Positions 40,201 through 51,100 of a stretch of DNA of 64,000 bases are shown one piece after another. The notes beneath the pieces are model-generated. The model saw nothing but the letters and a program-made list of their open reading frames with translations. It was not told where the DNA came from and did not search any database. The DNA comes from Stegostoma tigrinum. Taxonomy: Eukaryota. The first letter of the stretch is position 1, and every line of letters starts with the position of its first letter. The stretch covers positions 62,001 to 126,000 of the forward strand of contig NW_026728269.1 of the NCBI RefSeq assembly GCF_030684315.1, written 5' to 3'. The translations under genes were made by a program, and so were the position numbers.

Positions 40201-43200
40201 TTCCAACTAAGGCATTTATCACACCGTACCTCAGCCTGAGAACAGTTTTGGCTCAATATTCAAGCCATTCTCAACTGGAAGGGTCACATTTGAAAAAGAA
40301 CAACCAAATGGAGGCTACTGGCATCATCTCACTATAACACGAGGTGAAAGGAGAAGAATTGGGAAAGTGTAGAACGAATAAAGAGAAATTCACAGCTTGT
40401 GCTGGACTGACCTCCAGGCAGAAATGCACAATCTGCGACAGGTATGGCACAATAATAGATACTTCGCTCTCCATCAGCTCATCGAAAACTTCCATCGCCT
40501 CACTGGCTTGATCCTGACAGGAGAATGGGGGAAGCAAAAGGAACAGGAGTCAGATTTCTCAACACAGTGCAACAGTGATGGTCAAACTCCATGAGCATGG
40601 TCTATAATCACTGGCCGGAAAATTACTTGCTGAACCGTTCAAGTCATCATCTGCAACCACCAAATACAAGGGAATACACCAGATATACAGGAAACAAATA
40701 CCTGCTTTGCTAAAACCTTATTACGGATTTTAAAAAGTAACCGACTTTCCTTCAAAGGCACAATCCCCCCAGTCGATAATGAAAAGCAGCTCACCAAATG
40801 GCGCTGGAGGTAGCGATCCAGCTCTAACTGATGCCACCTCATCCCTTCTATCTCTCCATAACCCCATGCATGTTCTTCCTTTTCAAAAACTGATCCAATT
40901 TCCTCTTGACAGCCTCGACGGAGCCTGCCTCGACCACACTCTTGGGCAGTGTACTCCAGGCCCTGACTGCTTGCGTGAAAACATTTCTTCTCCTGTCACC
41001 GCTACTGCTTTTGCCGATCACCTCCGGTCCGTGCCCCTTCAATTCCTGATCCTCCTGCCGACGGGAAGTTTATCCCTCACTCCTCTGTCTAGACCCCTCC
41101 CACATACTCCAATCCAAGCCACTGAACACCCTCATCCTAGAGTCGTTCTCAGTCATCTTTTCCACACTCTCTCGAAATGTTTTCGTCTCTTTCTGAATGT
41201 GCCGGGAGCAGGACTGGACACAATCCTCCAGCTGAGGATGAACCAGTGTTTGATACAATTTCAGGGATACCTCCTTGCTCTTGCACTCTTTGCCCCATTA
41301 ATAAAACAGAGGCGTCTGCACACTTTAATAACTGCTTTCTCGTCCTGCCTTGCCACCGTTGATGATTTAAGCACACATATACCCAGTTCCCTCAGTTCAC
41401 ACAGCCTTTTTTGAGTCGCACACGCAGAGTTACACAGTCTCAATGCTCCTCTTCGCAAAATAAATCACTTCACACTCTCCCGTTGAATCTCACCTGACAC
41501 CGTCTCTCCACCCCACCGACCCGTCAATGTCGCAGGGAACAATTTGCAGCTTCCTGTGCTGCCGGGCTGCTTACCTGATTGTGCTGAATGAGGGTCTGGA
41601 TTGCAATCAACAGCTTTGGGATCATAGGGCGCATCAAATTCTGCATTGGGAACAGAAAAGGGCATCATAGCTCATTGTTAGGGCTAGAAAGGCAAATCAC
41701 CCCACAGCTACAGAGGAACAAGGCCCCTCCCCACCACATCCTATACATTTGGCAAATAAGCAAGAGTCTGCGGGAACAATGATTTCAGATGAAGTGTGTG
41801 TCATTAATGACTAAAGGACAATCTGTGTGGGGATAATGACCGTAAAGAGCATGGGGAGTCAACAGGTTACAAATGGATTAGCCCGACCACCTCTAAATGT
41901 TCCAGATTAAAATTTACCACAACCCTGAATGTCCTCTGAAGCCCTGTTAATTCTCCCTAACAGGCTTCCTTGGATTCAGTGGGAACAGATCTACTCAAAC
42001 ACACGTTGAGAATTTATTTTGGAAGATTATGCTTTGTGGAGACGGTGTAGGAAGAGCCACCCTGCTTTTACGCTCAGTTCCCTTTGAAATAAAAGCTGAA
42101 GCTCCTTTTGCCTTCTTTATGATCCACTGAACTTGGACACCAGCTTTTCGGGATTTAATCGGTAAGGACTCCCCTGATCCCTCTGTGCTGCAGCTTCCCC
42201 CAAGCCACAAGAATTACAGACATCATTTTCAAGCCAGTTACAGATGCACCTTAAAAAGGAAGTGACTGCCACTCCTTAAAGCAAGGAGTTAAAAAGCTTA
42301 AGCCAATTTAAAGCACAGAACTGTTGCTTGACCCATAAAGCCCAAGAGCCAGTTTATTTTCACAGCACTGACCTTGGGCAATTAAGCTACAAACTGGTCT
42401 TATCTGTCCCGCAACTCGAATCATAAAATCTAACAGCAGATCGCCCCGACTGCTTGTTTGTCTGTAAACTGCTGACCTTGTTTCGACAGGAGGCCGGAGG
42501 ACAAATCGTACTTCACAGCAGAGATTCGGGGGGGTGAGATTAGTCACGTGCAACGATCAGAATTAAAAATCAGAATAGGTGGATACCTTGCTTGCGTGAT
42601 CGACACATGTACCTTCACTGAAACTAATGACATAATGTTTGACAAAGGTCACACACTTTGTCTCAGCCACACTAGACTTACCACTTCATCTGTTCCCATG
42701 TAGGACACCACGGCAGTCAGCGTCTGAATGGTGTAGAAGATCACCAGTGGGTTGTCGTGGTCCTCTAGAGTCTGATGGAAGAGACGCATCAATTCGCGAA
42801 AATGTCGCTTGAAAGACTCAGTGCTGATGTCCACAACAGTGCTCAGCAGCAGCATCCCGACCTGATGCCCCGAAGCAAAAGATAAAACGGACCAGTTACT
42901 ACTGCCTGAGGGCTTGCGACCTGACGCCGACCCTTAACCGACGGCATCCGGCTACAACCATTCTCGTGAGAACAAACGCAAGGACATGTCAGGTTAGGAC
43001 CAGATCAGACTGCAAGATGGAGAGGTCGAAGGTCATTAGGTCTATCAAACCTGCTCTGCCATTCAATGGTTGTCCTCGACTCCCACTTCCCTGCCATCTT
43101 CCCCTCGATTTCCCTTCCCGTTAAAAATCTGTCTCAATGACCCAACCTTGACAGCAATCCCCTCCACTACCATGCTCCCGCCGCCCCCTCCAACACAGTA

Positions 43201-45128
43201 AAGACTCATTCCCCCTCAGAAATTCCTTCACATCTGTGTGCAGTGGGCGACCCTGTTATTCTGAGATAATGTCCTTCTGGGTCAGACTCTCCCATACAAG
43301 GGAGAGATAACCTCTCCACACATTCTTCTAACCCCACCCCCTATACCCCCAAGGATCTTGTACATTTCAACTGGGTCCCCTCTCATTCTCCTAAACCTCA
43401 ACAGGTACAGGCCCCAACCCACTCAACCATGCTTCCTCATCAGACAGTCCCTCTGTCCCTGGGATCTCTTCTCTAGACTGCCTCCCCTTAGGTAAGGGGC
43501 CTCAAAACCCTTTGCAGTACTCCAGCTGTGGCGTGACTAGTCCCTTGTACAATTTTAGCAAAAACCTCCTGATAATTTATACTCCATTCCCTTTGCCTTC
43601 CCCACAATGGGCTAGCTTTCTGTAATCCATGCACAAGAACTCCCAAGTCCCCCTGTTCTGCAGTCTTTCCCCATTTAACTAATCTTCAGCTCCTCTATTC
43701 TTCCTGCCAAAGTGCAGAACCTCACATTTCTCCACGTTACATCAGCCAAGTTTCGCCTGTCTCTATCTATCCGAATGCTCGTGTGTCATCCTCACTACCT
43801 GCCTTCACAGACTCCACACCTAAGTTGGAAAAGCACAACTTCTTTCTGGGGTCACTTCTCTTTCGGACATTTGCAAATTAAATCTCGTCGTGGCCGGAAT
43901 GAAAAGGGCAGCGCGTTGCTGGCTAGGCAATCAGATTGATTGATCAGTCTCTGCCTACAGCAGCCTTTACCCACCTGTCTCTCCTCTGGAACACTGCTTT
44001 TCGTCCATTGAGTTATAAACTGAAGCAGTTGCGGCCACTTTTCAGGCGTTTCATGCTTGACGATGATAGCTGCCAGCTGGGCTACAGAGTGCCGTACCTT
44101 GTGTCTGCGAGAGGGGATGACAGGGACATGAAGGCCAGTCAGTTTCGGGTGAAAGTATAAAACATCAAAAGCCACAGCCAGTCAGTTTCCGAGGGTGCAT
44201 GACGGCACGGTCAATGAAAATGGTTCCAGTAGCAGAGACCACCGTGTAGTGAGAAGTCAGCAGCAGCAGCATGGTTACAGAAAGATAGCATTTAAAAGAG
44301 GCCGTTTAGCCTTTCTAACCTGTGCCACCACATCAAATCAAATTTAGTGGTCAGATTAACTCCTGAAAACTAATTGACTTGGTTGCTTAACATCTAATAC
44401 CCTCAACATCTAACAAATCAGAAAAACAGAAATATAGAAACAGTTAACACACCAGCTTAATGATGTCTCTATCAGGGACAGTGAGCAGAGAGGGAAGGGA
44501 CACAGAGACAGAAAGAAGCGCGCGAGAGAGCGCGCGAGAGAGAGCGCGAGAGAGAGCGCGAGAGAGCGCGCGAGAGAGAGCGCGAGAGAGAGCGCGAGAG
44601 AGAGCGCGAGAGAGAGCGCGAGCGAGAGAGCACATTGGAAGGATGGCAGTAAGGTGGCTCAGTGGTTAGCACTGCTGCCTCACAGCTCCAGGGACCTGGG
44701 TTCAATTCCACCCTCGGGTGACCATCTGTGAGGAGTTTACACATTCGCCCCATGTCTGTGTGGGTTTCCTCCGGGTGCTCCAGTTTCCTCCTACAGTCCA
44801 AGAGATATGCAGGCTAGTCAGGACCAGCCATGCTAAATTAGTTCACATGAATGCATGGGTGGAATTCAAAGGTTTGAAACAGCCAGTCTCACTAACAATG
44901 CCAGAAAACTACTATCAGCAATCATTATGCCGTGCACAGGATAACCATTTGTGACATGATGACCGTCATATTCTCAACAGCCATCCAGCATTCCTGCACT
45001 AGCCTTGGTTAATAGATCTCACAGCAATCTGCATTCTTACCACACACATTTCACAGCCCGCATACTTACTCATGTTCCTGCTGCAGAGACTGCAGAACCA
45101 CCGGCTTCAAACTGAACGTACAAGGAGT

Positions 45129-45167
<39 letters not shown>

Positions 45168-48100
45168 AACCCTCTTAGTACAACATAAAAACCTCTTAAA
45201 CATACGCACAACATGCACGAACAGAACACAGATAAATGCTGTCTCAAACGCTCCCAAAACACGGACAGCATTGGGTTAGAAACAGAGTAAAGCTCCCTCT
45301 AGGCTGTGCCGCGGCTCCCGCTCTCCCACCAAACACTCCCAAAACACGGGCAGCAGAGTAAAACTCCCTCTACGCTGTGCCGCAACTCCCGCTCCCCCAT
45401 CAAACACTCCCAAAACAGGGACAGCACGGGGTTAGATACACTGTAAAACTCCCTCTACACTGCGCCAACCCCCCCCCCCCCCGCCATCAAACACTCCCAA
45501 AACACGGACAGCATGGGGTTAGATACAGAGTAAAACTCCCTCTACACTGTGCTGCACACCCTACCCACCAAACAGTCTCAAGACAGGGACGGCACAGGAT
45601 CGGAAACAGAGTAAAAGCTCCCTCAACACTGTTCCCATCAAACACTCTCAGGATATAGACAGCACAAGGTTAGTTCAATCCACAGTTGAACCACTTTAAA
45701 GCTGCCTATACAGTGTCCCCACCACACAAGCTCGCTCTGCACTGATCTTTCAAACGTTCACTGTCAAATCCCCAGGTTGCAGACAGAAAGAAAGCACTGC
45801 ATAAAAGCTTAAAGCTAATCTCACGCCAGGTCTTTATTCTGTGGATACATTTCAAAGGTTCATCGCGTACTTCTCTTTAAGATCCACGGACAGTTTCTTC
45901 CAGTGTTTGGCCACTCGTCTCCTCACGAGCACTGCTGCAAACTGTCGGATCTAAAGGGGATGAGGAAGAAAGAAACAGGAGCATGAATATGTTTTGAGGA
46001 AGAAAGAAATAGGAGCATGAATATGTTTTCACTCAGAGAGACAACATGAAATGAAATGCACCTAGAAACAAGAAGGGCTGAAAGGAACTGAAGTATCTTC
46101 GATGAGAGAGCAAATTGCTGCTGACTGTGGTCTACAGAAGTTAAATGTTCTAGCGCTGTCAGCAAATTCAGAAGCACTTTTACAGTGTAAGAAACACGGC
46201 AGCCAATTCACACACAGCAAGCTGAGCAGTCTTATTGCTAGAGCTCAAACCATCAGGGTCATTTACTAAGACATAGAACCGAAGACACCAGAAACTGGAA
46301 ACAAAAACAAAAGTTGCTGGAGAACCTCGGGAGGTCTGGCAGCACCTGCAGCAAGAAAGCAGAGTTAATGCTTCTGGTCAAGGGGCCCTTTCTCAGTTCT
46401 GTAGAAGGGTCAATAGATTTGAAGTGTTAACTCCAATTTGAATCCCACTCCAACAGACCGGAGTGGAATGTGAACAGAAATTGAATGTTTTAACATCTAA
46501 CCACGCCCCCAAAACCATTGTTGACTGTTGTTAAAATTTCTCCACAGGACCGACGGCCATACTGGGCACAGATGGCCATGTTTGTGGCTGTTGGAGGTTG
46601 ACATCTCAACTTCAACAAATTGTGCCTTTTTTCCAGCAATATTCAAATTCAGTGTAACCAAACAACTTCCTCAGGAGTATATCATGCATTGTCACAAGTA
46701 CTAACAGCCACAGGGTCATGCAGTACCGAAGCAGACCCTTCTGTTCAACCAGGTTTCCCAACTGAACTAGTCCCACCTGCCTATGCTTGGCCCACATCCC
46801 TCCAAACCTTCCCTACTCATGTACCTGTCCAACACCAACTGTACCTACGTCTACCATTCCTCTAGAAGTTTATTCCACAGTCAAACCACTCTCCTTTTTA
46901 AAATCCTTCTCCTTTCACCTTAAAAATATGCCCCTTAGTTTTGAAATTGCCCACTCAAGGGAAAAGACTCTTGTCATGGACCTTATTTGTGCCCCTCAAG
47001 AGTTTGTAAACCTCAATCTACTTCCAGTCTCAGCCTATTCTTATATCTCAAACCCTCCATTCCTGCCAACGTCCTGGTAAATCTTTTCTGAACCCTCCAT
47101 ATGGAACTTTTAACCTTGTCACTTTAACATTTCACCTCTTACTTTATAGCATGTATTGCCCACTACACATTACTAGTTGAAAATAATCACTTTATTCTCC
47201 CTGTTATCAACTGTGTGTATTTTTTTAAACCCCATTCTCCTCCCTTTCCACTTCCTGACAAATAGAGATACACTTCGTTTCCTCTCACTTTCTTTCTCTG
47301 CTGTTGTTATTTTAGAGTCTCTTTGATTACCGAAACCGTTTTTTCCTTATCTATTCTCCCGAACCCGGTCTACACAAGACAAGAAGTTTACCTGAGGGTT
47401 TGGTGAATTTGCGAGGATGTTGCAGAGTGCAGGGACCACTGATGGATCCTTAAAAGCTTCCTTCAACTGAGCTGTGGCCTGTGGGTGGTATAAGAGGTAC
47501 ATAAAGCACAGACATAGCCCAGAGAACCTCCACAAATAATTATCGTTCCATTGACATGCTCCTAAGGCAGGGTGCACCGTGCTTCAAAACAGAATCATTC
47601 AGATAGTAACACAGCAGGAAGATACTTCCGACTTCTACTTCTCAAGTTGCTTCGCCAATTTTTAAATGGCATTTCTCTCCCTGTTTCAGAGTAAGATCTA
47701 CAAATCTCTGTCATGAAATACGTGGCCTTTTTCTAAATCTAGCCCAGTACAATCAGTCACTCTTCAAGTCAGCCCACCTCCCCGAAGGGACAGTCCTCAA
47801 CCCCTTCCCCAGCACTCAGGGACTGCTTCAAACGCACTCTCCCACTCAAGGAGAGTCACCATCTGCCCCTGTTGTAACACCTTCTTTAATGATTGTTAAG
47901 AGATGCCATAGAAACTGAGTTCCCTCATTGGGGCTGTTACACAGGTTCCATCAGGGAGCCCTGGCTGATGGATATAAGCAGGAGGGTCAGAGGTCCTGGT
48001 CACTCTAACAACTGGCTCAGGGGAGGTTGCATCAGTGTCAAGGACTCTCCACATGTAAATGAAGGGTAATTTGGTACTGAGATACTGGTCTCTGTGGAGT

Positions 48101-51100
48101 TACTTCCCACTCTGTGAGTACCACCCCCCAACCTTGCTATTCACCAGGGATTGCCATCAACACCCCAGCCCATCCCCCTTTCCCCGAGGGACTGCCCCCC
48201 CTACACCACCCCTCCCTTCCCCCAAGGACTACCCCCAGCATCACATCCCCCTTTCCCACAGGGACTGCAGCCCTACAAACCCGGCATCCCCAACCCCTTT
48301 CCCCCAGGGACTGCACACACCCCTCAACATCCCCATCCCCATCCCCACACCCTACCCCCACCCCGAGACTGCGCACACCCCTCAACATCCCCACAACCTT
48401 CCCCCCACCGAGACTGCGCCCCCTCAACATCCCCAACCCCTTCCCCCCCCACCGAGACCGCGCACCCCCCCCAACATCCCCACCCCCCCCCCACCGAGAT
48501 CGCGCACACCCCAACATCCCCCCCGAGACTGCGTCCCCCGCAACAGCCCCCCCCGACATCCCCTCTCAACATCCACCCCCCAAGACTACGTACCCCCCCC
48601 AACATTCCCCCCCGGAGACTGCGTCCCAAACATCCCCCCCCCCCCCCCGAGACTACGTCCCCCCCAACATTCCCCACCGAGACTACGTCTCCCGACAACA
48701 TCCCACCCCCCCGAGACTACGTCCCCCCCACAACACCCCCCCCGAGACTACGTCCCCCCAACAACATCCCCCCCCGAGACTACGTCCCCCCCACAACATC
48801 CCCCACCCCCCGAGACTACGTCCCCCCCACAACATCCCCCACCCCCCGAGACTACGTCCCCCCCACAACATCCCCCACCCCCCGAGACTACTTCCCCCCC
48901 ACAACATCCCCCCCCCGAGACTACGTTCCCCCCCCCCAACATCCCCCCCCCCGAGACTACGTTCCCCCCCCCCAACATCCCCCTTCCGAGACTACGTTCC
49001 CCCCCAACATCCCCCCCCGAGACTACGTTCCCCCCCAACATCCCCCCCCCGAGACTACGTTCCCCCCCAAAATCCCCCCCCCCCGAGACTACGTTCCCCC
49101 CCAACATCCCTCCCGAGACTACGTTTCCCCCCCAACATTCCCCCCCGGAGACTACGTCCCGAACATCTCCCCCGAGACTACTTCCCCACCAACATCCCCC
49201 CTCGAGACTACTTCCCCACCAACATCCCCCCACACATTACCCCCCAACATCCCCCAAGACTACGTCCCCCCCAAAATTCCCCCGCCGAGACCGCATCCCG
49301 AACATCCCCCCCGCCGAGACTACATCCCCACCAACATCCCCCCACCCCGAGACTACGTCTCCCCGCAACATCCCCCTCCCGAGGCTACGTTCCCCCGCAA
49401 CATCCCCCCTCCGAGACCACGTCCCCCCCATACGTCCCCCCACACATTACCCCCCAACATCCCCCGAGACTGCGTGCCCCCCAAATCCCCTGCCGAGACT
49501 ACGTACCCCCCCCAAATCCCCTGCCGAGACTATGTACCCCCCCCAACACTGCGTCCCCCCCAACATCCCCCCGCCGAGACTGCGTCCGATCCCCCAAATA
49601 TCTCCCCACCGAGGCCGCGTCCCCCCCCACATTTCCCGCCGAGACTACGTACCCCCACAACATCCCCCCCGAGACTACGTACCCCCCCCCAGCATCCACC
49701 CCGAGACTACGTACCCCCCCAACATCCCCCCCCCCGAGACTACGTACCCCCCCCAACATCCCCCCCCGAGACTACGTACCCCCCCAACATCCCCCCACCG
49801 AGACTACGTACCCCCCCAACATCCCCCCCCCGAGACTACGTCCACCCCAACATCCCCTGCCGAGACTGCGTCTCCCCCAACATCCCCGCCGAGACTGCGT
49901 CTCCCCCAACATCCCCCCCGAGACTGCGTCCGCCCCTTAACATACACCCCCCGAGACTGCGTCCGCCCCCCGGAGACTGCGTCCCCCCCCAAACATCCCC
50001 CGCCGAGACTACGTCTCCCCCCAACATCCCCCCCGAGACTGCGTCCCCCCCAACATCCCCCCCGAGACTGCGTCCCCCCCAACACCCCCCGCCGAGACTA
50101 CGTACCCCCCCAACATCCCCTGCCGAGACTATGTACCCCCCCAACATCCCCCCCGAGACGGCACCCACCCAACATCCCCCGCCGAGACTACGTACCCCCC
50201 CAACATCCCCCGCCGAGACTACGTACCCCACCAACATCCCCCCGCGAGACTACGTACCCCCCCGAGACTACGTCCCCCCGCAACATCTCCCCCCCCCGAG
50301 ACTACGGCCCCCCGCAACATACCCCTCCGAGACTACGTCTCCCCCCCGACATCTCCCCCCGAGACTACGTCCGCCAATCAACATACACCCCCCGAGACTG
50401 CGTCCCCCCCGAACATCCCCCCCGAGACTAGGTCGCCCCGAACATCCCCGCCGAGACTACGTCCCCCCCCGAACATCCCCCCCCCGAGACTGCGTCCACA
50501 CCAACATCCCCCGCCGAGACTACGTCCCCCCCCGAACATCCCCCCCCCGAGACTGCGTCCACACCAACATCCCCCGCCGAGACTATGTACCCCCCCAACA
50601 TCCCCCCCACATTACCCCCCCCGACTACGTCCCCACCCAACATCCCCCCCACATTACCCCCCCCGACTACGTCCCCACCCAACATCCCCCCCACATTACC
50701 CCCCCCGACTACGTCCCCACCCAACATCCCCCCCACATTACCCCCCCCGACTACGTCCCCACCCAACATCCCCCCCACATTACCCCCCCCGACTACGTCC
50801 CCACCCAACATCCCCCCCACATTACCCCCCCGACTACGTCCCCACCCAACATCCCCCCCACATTACCCCCCCGACTACGTCCCCACCCAACATCCCCCCC
50901 ACATTACCCCCCCCCGACTACGTCCCCACCCAACATCCCCCCCACATTACCCCCCCCCGACTACGTCCCCACCCAACATCCCCCCCACATTACCCCCCCC
51001 GACTGCATCCCCACCAAAATCCACCCCCCGAGACCGCGTCCGAACCCCCCAAACATCTTCCCCCCGACCCGAGACCGCGTCCGACCCCCCAACATCTTCC

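Noticed and set aside
44645-44715. tRNA-like A and B boxes
   Set aside because: Continues into a V-SINE body; it is a SINE head, not a tRNA gene.
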